Position numbers and translations under genes: made by a program. The notes under the pieces are model-generated. The model was not told the DNA's origin. It did not search any database and worked only from the letters and a program-made list of their open reading frames with translations. Shown here piece by piece: positions 43,895 to 55,883 of a stretch of 64,000 nucleotides of DNA (the first letter of the stretch is position 1; each line of letters starts with the position of its first letter). Origin of the DNA: Eledone cirrhosa (taxonomy: Eukaryota); the NCBI GenBank assembly GCA_964016885.1, contig OZ024743.1, forward strand, positions 311,488,001 to 311,552,000, read 5' to 3'.

Positions 43895-45698
43895 TGGATG
43901 CCATTTCCACCTCGCACACTGTCGTGAGTGCCACGCCCACTAAGAAAAGTGGTGGAGGGAAGGTAGGAGTACAAAGCTTGCAGCCCCCCCCCCCCCCACT
44001 CGCATTATCGAAAAACGTTGAAAATATTGAAACCACGAAACCAAACCCGGTAAATAATATCAGCACCAACAACAAGAACAATGACAATAACACCACAACC
44101 AACAACTGCAACAATAGCAACACCAAGGAAAACATGAACAATATTACCAACAGTGACAGCAACAAAAAAGACAACAACACCAAAACGACATTCGCACAGA
44201 CTGTAAAAAAAAACGAACTATACACGCCAATAGACATAACAAATGCTAAACAACTATTACAAGACGCAAAACAATTCGTGACTTTTGGCGAAAACGGTGC
44301 TTTTAGCATCAATTCTCCACAGGAATTACGTAGAAAGGCTGCCTGAAAACTGTGGTTTTCAGGACAATATCGAACGAAACAAGAAAACCAGCTCAATTAT
44401 CACAAAATGAAATTGAGCTGGTTCTAAAAGATGCAATGAAGGACTTAACCTTCATACAAAAAGGTAAACTGTTTGGTAGCATTTCGGTGCTAATGAACAA
44501 CCAGTCAACAGCTCAAAAGTACTCGGTATCACCCATTGTGTCCCCCCGCTTCACCTTTTTCCCCACATACAGGGGAAAAAGGACACAAAGAATAAAAATG
44601 AGTATCACACCAAATGTAAACATTTGGTGGATACTATGTGGAATCATTAACTTTGACGAAGACAAGATAATTTCAATAGGAAAGTCCTCCGGAGGTGTAT
44701 TTGGTGGGACCACCGTAGAAGTTCTGGTGCAAATGAGCCCAGAACGAATAGCGAATATCCCACAACGCGTGCCTCTGGACGGGCTAACTTATATAAACAT
44801 TTCAGTGGAGGGAAGGCGGCCGTCATGTTACCACTGCTTAAGCAGGGGTCACATGAGGGCTGCCTGTCCTCAATTAACGAGTAAAAAAAAAAGGCTCTTC
44901 TGCCAACCCCGAACACAACACAACCACCACCACCACCACCACCACAACAACAACAACAACAACCACAACAACACGGAAAAATAACAACACAAAACACTGT
45001 TCCACCAACCCCTCCCCACCTAAAACAAATACAAAAGCAACCACAACAAAACCCCAAAATATACCCCTCCCTAACAACACGGAAGAGGACTCCGTATCAA
45101 CGTCACCCAGTGACGACGAGAGAGAACCCTTTCAACAGGTGAAAAGGAAAAAAAAAGGAACCACATTAACAAAAATGCCACAAACACGCAACCACCAGCA
45201 CAAACAGAACAAACATCACAAATAAAAAAAACCACCTCTCCCCAAAACATAACACGTACTACAAAACGCAAACACGCACAAGAACAACAAACAAAAACAA
45301 ACACAACACAACAAAAACTCTATACATACATTAACAAGAACAATAAAACGTTGATGAAAGCGATAGAAAATAACCCTTCGGTGGAAACCGAAGGGATCAC
45401 TTTCACCTACGCAGCGAACAAACCGCACCTAATGATGATTAGGGTCCCAACGGAAACCTATGTAACTTTGAAAAAGAACCATCCAATGCATGTGGGGACC
45501 AACTGCACCAAACCACATAACAGCGTCCTATTGAGATGTTTCCCCACCCCACATCAGACACCCACACCCCACCAAACACCCTAATCCCACCAAACACTGA
45601 TGTCCTCACCCCACCACAAACCACCACCCCACCAAACAACCCTTCCAACACCCCCATGGAAATTGTGCAGCCTGGTCCCCAGGAGACGAAGAGGTAAG
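43895..45698 (+). pseudogene. LINE C ORF1 (zinc knuckle CYHCLSRGHMRAAC), frameshifted
   Basis: TFAQTVK and ISVEGRRPSCYHC align with SFASVAK and VIVEGRRPRCVVC of copy B ORF1. Confidence 0.83.
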
Positions 45699-45739
45699 TA
45701 ATTTCCTTTCCTCTTCCTTTTTAACTCTTCAGCACCAAC

Positions 45740-48738
45740 ATGGCCAATATAAGAGTTGGATGTGTGAATGCACGCGGCAAACAGGGCAAACAGGGCAAAC
45801 TCTTAAATGACCTAAGGTCGCACAGAGTGGATGTAATGGTTATTTGCGAGTCCAGGATCAGCAGCGAGCGCCAACTGGCCCCCATCTTCGACGACTTTGA
45901 GATCTACGCATCTCTCTGTCAGCCGAGGGGTGGGTGGGGTTGTCGTTCTGCTGCGAAAATACCTGGGTCTTGCCACACAGAAGGTACACCTGGACCCGGA
46001 AGGTCGACTGGTGGTTTTAGACGTCGGCAGTGGTGAAGGTGGAACTTTCAGGCTGGTGGCAGCGTATGCCCCATCTGGGACACCGCGACCGGACTTCTTC
46101 CGACGCCTGGAGAATTTCCTGGGAACGTCTCGCTCCTTGCTTTTAGTGGGGGACTGGAATGGTATCCTGGATGTACGTTGGGACTATGTAGGGGCATGTC
46201 CCGATAGAGGGGGGTGTAACAGCCTCAAACGATTAATCGCCGATTTGATCTGGCCGATAGATATCGACTAGATTTTCCGACTGTGCCACGGTGGACGTGG
46301 AGTAATCTCAGCGGAACATCTAGGTCGTACCTAGATAGGTTCCTAGTTAGAAATAAGGAGAGGGACATATTAAGCTGTCCACGAATGTTCATGGTTGTCT
46401 ATTCGGATCACAAGTTGGTGACCGGAGTGGTCAACCTTGATAGAACTCATAGACAGGGACCCGGTTACTGGAAGCTAAACTTGTCTTTACCGACAAACAA
46501 AGCTTACAGTAAGCGGATTAGCACACTAGTTAAGCAGCGTTTGACGGGGGCAATTGTCAACAACAGGTGGTGGGGCTCTCTCAAGAGAGAAATTAGAATA
46601 GAATCGATAGGTTTTAGTCGGGAATTAGCATCAGATAGGAATAGAACTGAAAGAGAATTAACAAATAGAGTAGAAGAGGCAATTAGGAGTGGCAACGTGG
46701 CCGGCGTGCTGGCGTCAAGAACGGCCCTAGACCAGTTCTTTGATGCGAAGCACGAGAGCTGCGTTGTCAGGAGTAAAATACGTGCTCTGGGTAACGAGGG
46801 AGCCAAAGCTGTTAGCTGGGCCCGAGTGACAGAGGAAAAAAGTGGAAACAAGTCCACGATTCGGTCTTTGAAGGACCGGGATGGACGCATGATCCTTGAA
46901 CCTGAGCGGATGAGCGCGGCCTTTCAACGGCGCTTTGCACGACTATTCGAGAGGGGAGGCGGGCCGGGTGGAGCCATGGATTTCGGTCCATACCTCGACG
47001 GTACATCGTAGAGAGGGTAGGGAACGAACCCGGCTTTGGTGGGGCCCTGATCAACTTGGATCAATCTAAAGCGTTCGATAGGGTTGACCATCGGTACCTG
47101 GATGCGGTGCTCGCGGCGGCAGGCTTCGGACCTGTTTTCAGGGGCTGGATTGCTGCAATGCACAGTAGCAACACCTGCTCGAGGGTCAAGGTGAACGGCT
47201 ACCTATCGGAGCCGTTCCAAATCACGCGATCCATTCGACAGGGATGCCCTCTCTCCTCCCTCCTGTATGTGCTGGCTCTCGAGCCACTACTGCGGAAGCT
47301 GGAGCTGTTGCAGGGCATCCTCTTGGAACCGGGATTGCGGAAAGCGATGTCGGCCTACGCCGATGACGTGACAGTAATGGTGTCGTGCGCCTCGGAAATC
47401 GGGCAGATTGGCACCTTACTGGAGGAATATGAAAGGTTCGCAGGAGCCAAGCTGAACCGGGACAAGTCCATCGGTTTGCAACTCGGGACATGGAGGGGCA
47501 AAACGATGCCCTCCGACGGCATCGTCGGACGCTGGACGGAGGGACCGGTGAAGCTGCTCGGGGTCTGGTTCGGACCGGACCTCCAGGTGGAGAAAAACTG
47601 GGACGAGGTAACGGGCAAGGTGTTTGCACTCGCCCAGAAGTGGGCCAAGTGCAAACTATCCCAGAAAGGTCGAGCGGAGGTGGCGAACGCTTATATAGCA
47701 TCCGTCATCTACTACCGCTTGACCGTCGTGCCTTGCCCAGAGAAAACACTCGCCAAAATGGAGTGCGCGCTCTTCCGATTTCTTTGGAAGAAGCGGGCTC
47801 CTTTGGTGAGAAGATCCATCTGCTGTCAACACCCTTCGAACGGAGGGTTGGGGATGCCGTGGCTGACGATTCGTAGACACGCATTAAGGCTACGGCACCT
47901 CCAGGTATTCCTCAACGGTCAGCCGGTGTGGGCCCTGTTTGTGAGGCGAGCCTTTCCGAGACTCGTCTCACTCACCGAGCTGCAATCCTGGGTCAAGCAA
48001 AGACCGAGAAAAGTGGGCGACTGGCACATTGGATGTGCCCAGGCGCTCACGGCCCTCTGGCAAGCGGATCCGGCAATCAGTGGAGACTCATCCTCAACAT
48101 TCTATAGAGGGTTGGTGCGCAGTAAGTGCGACGACGCTCTCGGAGAGGCTCTGGGCATGGAGGAAGACGAGCTGGCCAGTCTGTTCGGTAGGACGTTTGG
48201 CCCGAGACCGATGGACAACTTCCAAAAGTCCCTGGCTTGGCAATGTTACCGAGGAGCTCTACCCGTTCGGGACAAGCTCTACAGACACGGGCGCCCGGGT
48301 AGGGACCCCTCAAAGAAGATCTGTCCAAGATGCGTGCATGACGAGGAAACCGTCGCACGTGCATTCGTACACTGCCCGGGCGTTGCTGACCTGTGGGGCT
48401 ATGTAGAACGACTACTGTCGCGGGTGGGACCAATCCGGTTGACCACCGAGAACATTGTCACAATCAAACCGCCTCCCCCTTTCAAAAACGAAGGAGGGGC
48501 GGTTTTCCTCTGTGTGATAGCCATGGCGAAAGAAGTTGTATGGTGGACAATGTTGAAAGGGCTGAGGTCAGACACCTTTCTCTCCGGCCAACAACTGGTC
48601 TTTTTTTTCAAGTACCACTTTAGAAGAAGGATCAGAATGGAGAGAGGGGTGCTCTACCCCAGCAAGTTTTATGAAAGATGGGTGAAAGTAGCGAGAATGG
48701 CCAGAGTGAATGGGCCTTCTCTCTATATCAGCCTGTAG
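45740..48738 (+). pseudogene. LINE C ORF2 (APE + RT), frameshifted and with a deletion near 47000; the last 560 codons are open
   Basis: MANIRVGCVNARG, LVAAYAP, VGDWN, SYLDR, YSDH, GYWKLN, then DQSKAFD, RQGCPLS, AYADD, CPRC..ETV. Confidence 0.93.
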
Positions 48739-49259
48739 GTGAGAGAGGAGAAGAATGAGAAGAGGAAGAAAGCACCCGCTCTTTGTGCTCCTGAAGAGGA
48801 TGGTTGCACATTTTTTCGGGGGTGTGTGCGATCCATGTCAACGCCCCTCCCTATTGAGGACATCGATTGTTAAATTTAATTTGTTATATGTTTTTTACAC
48901 GTCTTTTTAAATGTATGTAAACTCCCCCCTTTGTATTTGTCCCAATCTTTGATGCCCTGGTGGCAAATAAATAGAAATATATATCTACAATGCAACAGTC
49001 TCTCTCATTCCCCCTCACTCTATCCATCACTACCAAACTCCCCCCTCTCCATATCTATCAATACCTATCTCTTTCAATCCTCTCACTCTATTCATTACCA
49101 CCAAACTCTCCCTCTCTCTACATCAACCATACAACACTCTCCCAATCACCTCTCTATATCAATTAACACCAAATTATCCCCTTCTCTATAACTGCTATAC
49201 AGAACTCTCTTCAAATCCCTCTCTCTATATCAATTAACGTCAAACTCTCCCCCTTTTTA

Positions 49260-49851
49260 TCTATATATCTAAAACAGAGAATGTCTGTCTGTCTGTCTCC
49301 CTTAAAACTCGAGAACCACCCAACCGATTATTTTCAACTTTACACATGTAATACTTATGGTCCTGTGAATATTTTGAGCAAAACAAATTTCAAATTGTCA
49401 ATGCGCTAGGGACCGCATTAGGCGATTTAGCGATCTCTCTCTATAATTCTTAGTCTTTCTTTTTAGATAGATACATAGATATAACGTTATGCCCTTATAA
49501 TATCTGTCTGTATGTCTGGTGTCTGCATTACGACATTATGACGTCGCTATCTGTGTGTGTGCGTGTATCTATGTATATATAGTGTGTGTATATATATATA
49601 TAGTGTGTAACGTTTCTCGAATTATATACTTCTGCGTTCACAGATTGATTTTTTTTAGTTTCAGAAGATCCCGTTATGGGTGAAAGCAGCGATTCTTTGC
49701 TTAAACTTTAATCTGTTATTTTAATATATATATATAATTAGATATTTTTGCATACACAATAACAAAATATAAACAAACGTATTTATTTCACGAGGCTCGA
49801 TAAGGATAAATATATATCAAATATATAAGAACCCTAGAGCAATTCTGCTAG
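49260..49851 (+). mobile_element. Non-autonomous Helitron-like element
   Basis: Starts TCTATATATC...(ctgt)n and ends CTAG. It sits between A and T with no duplication, and removing it restores a minisatellite unit (ccccttttta|tatctactatacggaac). Confidence 0.75.
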
Positions 49852-51064
49852 TATCTACTATACGGAACTCTCTTCAAATTCTCTCTCTCTATCAATTAAC
49901 ATCAATATACCCCCTCTCTACATCAACCAAACAGCCCTCTCTCCCAACATTTCTCTCTATATCAATTACCACCAAACTCTCCCCCTTTATATAACTATAT
50001 ATATCTCTCCCATCTATCTCTACATAACATGTACATAAATTGTAGTGCATATACAAATAGATGTGTGTTTTGGTAGTTTGGGGAGAACAATATAATTATT
50101 GGGGGCGGCCTTGTCAAACCAGCCCCTCCCCAATTCCCCCGCCCCTGATTAGTATTGAGTGTCTGCTCAACTGTCCATTATGTTGTCTATCTTTATGTTT
50201 GATATTCTTGTCTTAATTTTGCAAATAGAATAGTATTAATTTTTTTTTATTTCCCTTGGTCTGTGCTCAAATGTTGAAAACCTTTTTTTAAAGTTTATTG
50301 TTTATGAATTTTGAAATTGATATTTTCTAGGGGTGCCAGAATCTAACCTTGCCTAGGGTGTCAGATTGTCTGGCATCGGCCCTGGTTGTGTCCCTGGGGT
50401 TTCAGCTATTTTGGTTTCCCTGTGGCACTTCAATCTTTTACACTACTACAACTAAAAATCAAATGACGTACCCCTATTCTCTGCCAAGCCACCAGGGTTC
50501 AACCTAGTCAACTAGGTCCTGCGTACATGTTTTCACATCGTATTTAATTTTACAAAATGTGTATCTGTCATCGCAGTTTGTAGTGATGTAAATCTTTTGT
50601 GATATTTTTCAAGTTACATCTAATGAAAATATCTTTTGTCTTAGGAAAAGATGATATAATCTTAACAATGAAATGAAATCAATTACTGTTAAATCGATTT
50701 AATTACAACTTTATTAATTGATAAAATAGATACCGGTAATGTAATGTTCTTTTATTCTTTTATTCTATCACTTGCTGCTTCAGATATCAGACTGTGGCCA
50801 TGCTGGGGCACCGATTTGATCATGTAAACCACAGTACTTATATGTTTTTCAAGTCTGTTACTTATTTTATCGATCTCTTTTTTGTTGAACTACTAAGTTA
50901 CAGGACATAAACAGTAAACGTAAACACAGATACAGGCACACACACATACACACACGCGCACACACATATATATGTGTCTGTATGTATGTATACATATATA
51001 TGCCTGTGTGTATGTGCGTATATATATTTACATATATATATATATATATACGCACATACACACA

Positions 51065-51122
<58 letters not shown>

Positions 51123-51167
51123 TAAACAAATAATGAATAAACAATTCCTTATATTAAACAAAAAAAG

Positions 51168-51321
51168 TTCATTATTTAACGATCGTTTCTAGGATATATA
51201 TGTGTTAGAGTTGGCATGCATATTCAACAGATCTATGTACAAAATTATACAAAATTATACAAACTATCAAGATTAAATATACATACCAACACATATATAC
51301 GCCGTCTTCAGAAATAATGAA
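51168..51321 (-). ncRNA. Type I hammerhead ribozyme with a long stem II
   Basis: Minus strand: ttcattattt-CTGAAGA-cggcg tatatatgtgtt...aacacatatata tccta-GAA-ACGATCGT-T-aaataatgaa. Stem I is a perfect 10 bp and stem III is palindromic. Confidence 0.8.
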
Positions 51322-51963
51322 ATATATTTATTGATAATAACAACAATTCAAACTTTCAGGTCCGTTTGGGAACAAAATTGACCAATGAAAATACAAAAGG
51401 TTTAATGCCGTTCGGTGTGTGTATATACATGTAATAACCCTTACACATATTTTACAAAAATGTATGCACAACCTGTATACTCATACAAAAAGGATGGATG
51501 CAAATACAAAATTTCAAGGTTAATGTCTCTGTAAGTTTATAATGCACAGATAAGATGCGTATAGATACATAAATATGAAATAAGTGTATACACATATTTT
51601 CATACTAACACATATCCGTACAATCACACATACACGCGCGTATATGCATAAACATACACATAAACTACAAACATACAAACACACACACACACCACCACTC
51701 ACATATATATATGTGGATATAAAATCCTAAGCACATGGATATTAATTCACTCACATAAACACTGGCACACACATTTAGATAAAGATACAGAAATTAGGTG
51801 GGAGGGGGGGGGAGAGGTCAGTATTCAACGGTTTGGGCTGCCTGCTTAATATAGATGTATCTATAAACTAAGAAAATAAAAAATAATAATAAATAATAAA
51901 TAAACATTAAAAAGGAAAGAAAAGAAAAAGAAAAAAGAAAAAAGAAAAAAGAAATATATCAAG

Positions 51964-51998
<35 letters not shown>

Positions 51999-52210
51999 AC
52001 ATATATATATTTATATATATATATACATACATATATATATATATACACATACATACACACACACACACACATATACATATACACATACACATATACAAAC
52101 ACATACATACATATACACACATCCACACTTAGAACATAACATACACACACATATATAAACATATACATATACACACATAGATACAAATACACACATACAT
52201 ATAAATACAC

Positions 52211-52273
<63 letters not shown>

Positions 52274-52462
52274 TAGATAATTTAATATATCAACTAACAT
52301 AAGCGCACAGATGCACGCCCATGCCAGCAAATACACAGGTTATGTCATAGTACCTAGGTGGTTCAATGCAGGAGAATGCAGAACAATAATATAAAGGACG
52401 TAAAATAAGAAAATATTTTTTTAAAAAAATTTAAAAAAATTTTTTTTCTTACTTAAATTTTC

Positions 52463-52544
52463 ACTCCAACTAATTAGTTTCTGCAATGGGATAAAGACAG
52501 TTACGTAATCCAACTGTCGAGAATTCATTGCGTCATCAGGAAGT
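52463..52544 (-). ncRNA. Type I hammerhead ribozyme (first of six minus-strand copies)
   Basis: acttc-CTGATGA-c gcaatg...gacagtt/aactgtc...cattgc a-GAA-ACTAATTAGT-T-ggagt. Confidence 0.85.
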
Positions 52545-55500
52545 CTATTCTCAGTTAAGTCTCCAGGCAATGCGCGGACACTGGCGGCTCATATAAAAAT
52601 AATAATAATTCGGTAGATCGAACAGCTTGCGAGGACTGGATTCTATGTACCGAAATTCTCACTGCTTCAAGTCAAATGGCCGATTCTAAAGAATCAATCA
52701 CGTGACACAGAGGCTAGTTAGAAGGAATGGGATGGTAAGATGACTGACGCCTACTAACACCCCAAAAAAAATTTTTTTAGAAGTGGTTTTGACAAATTTG
52801 CTCGACAAATCAGTGATTTGGAGATAAATATAGATAATTTAATATATCAACTAACATAAGCGCACAGATGCACGCCCATGCCAGCAAATACACAGGTTAT
52901 GTCATAGTACCTAGGTGGTTCAATGCAGGAGAATGCAGAACAATAATATAAAGGACGTAAAATAAGAAAATATTTTTTTTAAAAAATTTAAAAAAAATTT
53001 TTTTCCTACTTAAATTTTCACTCCAACTAATTAGTTTCTGCAATGGGATAAAGACAGTTACGTAATCCAACTGTCGAGAATTCATTGCGTCATCAGGAAG
53101 TCTATTCTCAGTTAAGTCTCCAGGCAATGCGCGGACACTGGCGGCTCATATAAAAATAATAATAATTCGGTAGATCGAACAGCTTGCGAGGACTGGATTC
53201 TATGTACCGAAATTCTCACTGCTTCAAGTCAAATGGCCGATTCTAAAGAATCAATCACGTGACACAGAGGCTAGTTAGAAGGAATGGGATGGTAAGATGA
53301 CTGACGCCTACTAACACCCCAAAAAAAAACTTTTTTAGAAGTGGTTTTGACAAGTTTGCTCGACAAATCAGTGATTTGGAGATAAATATAGATAATTTAA
53401 TATATCAACTAACATAAGCGCACAGATGCACGCCCATGCCAGCAAATACACAGGTTATGTCATAGTACCTAGGTGGTTCAATGCAGGAGAATGCAGAACA
53501 ATAATATAAAGGACGTAAAATAAGAAAATATTTTTTTAAAAAAATTTAAAAAAAATTTTTTTCTTACTTAAATTTTCACTCCAACTAATTAGTTTCTGCA
53601 ATGGGATAAAGACAGTTACGTAATCCAACTGTCGAGAATTCATTGCGTCATCAGGAAGTCTATTCTCAGTTAAGTCTCCAGGCAATGCGCGGACACTGGC
53701 GGCTCATATAAAAATAATAATAATTCGGTAGATCGAACAGCTTGCGAGGACTGGATTCTATGTACCGAAATTCTCACTGCTTCAAGTCAAATGGCCGATT
53801 CTAAAGAATCAATCACGTGACACAGAGGCTAGTTAGAAGGAATGGGATGGTAAGATGACTGACGCCTACTAACACCCCAAAAAAAATTTTTTTAGAAGTG
53901 GTTTTGACAAATTTGCTCGACAAATCAGTGATTTGGAGATAAATATAGATAATTTAATATATCAACTAACATAAGCGCACAGATGCACGCCCATGCCAGC
54001 AAATACACAGGTTATGTCATAGTACCTAGGTGGTTCAATGCAGGAGAATGCAGAACAATAATATAAAGGACGTAAAATAAGAAAATATTTTTTTTAAAAA
54101 ATTTAAAAAAAATTTTTTTCCTACTTAAATTTTCACTCCAACTAATTAGTTTCTGCAATGGGATAAAGACAGTTACGTAATCCAACTGTCGAGAATTCAT
54201 TGCGTCATCAGGAAGTCTATTCTCAGTTAAGTCTCCAGGCAATGCGCGGACACTGGCGGCTCATATAAAAATAATAATAATTCGGTAGATCGAACAGCTT
54301 GCGAGGACTGGATTCTATGTACCGAAATTCTCACTGCTTCAAGTCAAATGGCCGATTCTAAAGAATCAATCACGTGACACAGAGGCTAGTTAGAAGGAAT
54401 GGGATGGTAAGATGACTGACGCCTACTAACACCCCAAAAAAAAACTTTTTTAGAAGTGGTTTTGACAAGTTTGCTCGACAAATCAGTGATTTGGAGATAA
54501 ATATAGATAATTTAATATATCAACTAACATAAGCGCACAGATGCACGCCCATGCCAGCAAATACACAGGTTATGTCATAGTACCTAGGTGGTTCAATGCA
54601 GGAGAATGCAGAACAATAATATAAAGGACGTAAAATAAGAAAATATTTTTTTAAAAAAATTTAAAAAAAATTTTTTTCTTACTTAAATTTTCACTCCAAC
54701 TAATTAGTTTCTGCAATGGGATAAAGACAGTTACGTAATCCAACTGTCGAGAATTCATTGCGTCATCAGGAAGTCTATTCTCAGTTAAGTCTCCAGGCAA
54801 TGCGCGGACACTGGCGGCTCATATAAAAATAATAATAATTCGGTAGATCGAACAGCTTGCGAGGACTGGATTCTATGTACCGAAATTCTCACTGCTTCAA
54901 GTCAAATGGCCGATTCTAAAGAATCAATCACGTGACACAGAGGCTAGTTAGAAGGAATGGGATGGTAAGATGACTGACGCCTACTAACACCCCAAAAAAA
55001 ATTTTTTTAGAAGTGGTTTTGACAAATTTGCTCGACAAATCAGTGATTTGGAGATAAATATAGATAATTTAATATATCAACTAACATAAGCGCACAGATG
55101 CACGCCCATGCCAGCAAATACACAGGTTATGTCATAGTACCTAGGTGGTTCAATGCAGGAGAATGCAGAACAATAATATAAAGGACGTAAAATAAGAAAA
55201 TATTTTTTTTTTTTTTAAATTTAAAAAAAATTTTTTTCCTACTTAAATTTTCACTCCAACTAATTAGTTTCTGCAATGGGATAAAGACAGTTACGTAATC
55301 CAACTGTCGAGAATTCATTGCGTCATCAGGAAGTCTATTCTCAGTTAAGTCTCCAGGCAATGCGCGGACACTGGCGGCTCATATAAAAATAATAATAATT
55401 CGGTAGATCGAACAGCTTGCGAGGACTGGATTCTATGTACCGAAATTCTCACTGCTTCAAGTCAAATGGCCGATTCTAAAGAATCAATCACGTGACACAG

Positions 55501-55801
55501 AGGCTAGTTAGAAGGAATGGGATGGTAAGATGACTGACGCCTACTAACACCCCAAAAAAAAACTTTTTTAGAAGTGGTTTTGACAAGTTTGCTCGACAAA
55601 TCAGTGATTTGGAGATGAATATAGATAATTTAATATATCAACTAACATAAGCGCACAGATGCACGCCCATGCCAGCAAATACAGTGAGAATTTCGGTACA
55701 TAGAATCCAGTCCTCGCAAGCTGTTCGATCTACCGAATTATTATTATTTTTATATGAGCCGCCAGTGTCCGCGCATTGCCTGGAGACTTAACTGAGAATA
55801 G

Positions 55802-55883
55802 ACTTCCTGATGACGCAATGAATTCTCGACAGTTGGATTACGTAACTGTCTTTATCCCATTGCAGAAACTAATTAGTTGGAGT
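55802..55883 (+). ncRNA. Type I hammerhead ribozyme, inverted-arm copy (also at 56362-56443 and 56919-57000)
   Basis: Identical to the motif at 52463-52544. Confidence 0.85.

Larger units (their letters stand above)
43697..48978 (+). mobile_element. L1/Tx1-type LINE (copy C), near full-length, with an internal deletion in RT
   Basis: ORF1 remnants at ~43895-45698 and ORF2 at 45740-48738. AATAAA at 48967. Homologous to copies A and B. Confidence 0.92.
43255..50025. repeat. C/T-rich ~70-bp minisatellite (ccaaactctcccctctctatatctac...) split into 43255-43695, 48979-49259 and 49852-50025
   Basis: The same unit recurs on both sides of LINE C and of the Helitron. Confidence 0.8.
42724..50147. mobile_element. 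Non-autonomous TIR element with a 5-bp target-site duplication
   Basis: Terminal inverted repeats caagggcggtggaa / ttcccccgcccctg. attag lies directly on both sides (42719-42723 and 50148-50152). Confidence 0.65.
42177..50384 (+). mobile_element. Internally deleted hAT (Tip100/ZMYM1-like) DNA transposon hosting nested insertions
   Basis: Terminal inverted repeats cagggccagcgcta / tggcatcggccctg. 8-bp flanks gtcgtgcc / gttgtgtc. Subterminal gcctaggg at both ends. Transposase remnant inside. Confidence 0.8.
42149..50521. mobile_element. Possible small outer MITE (~165 bp of own sequence) split by the hAT insertion
   Basis: Ends caggac / gtcctg. Flanks catatata / cgtacatg match at 5 of 8 positions, and all differences are transitions. 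Confidence 0.4.
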
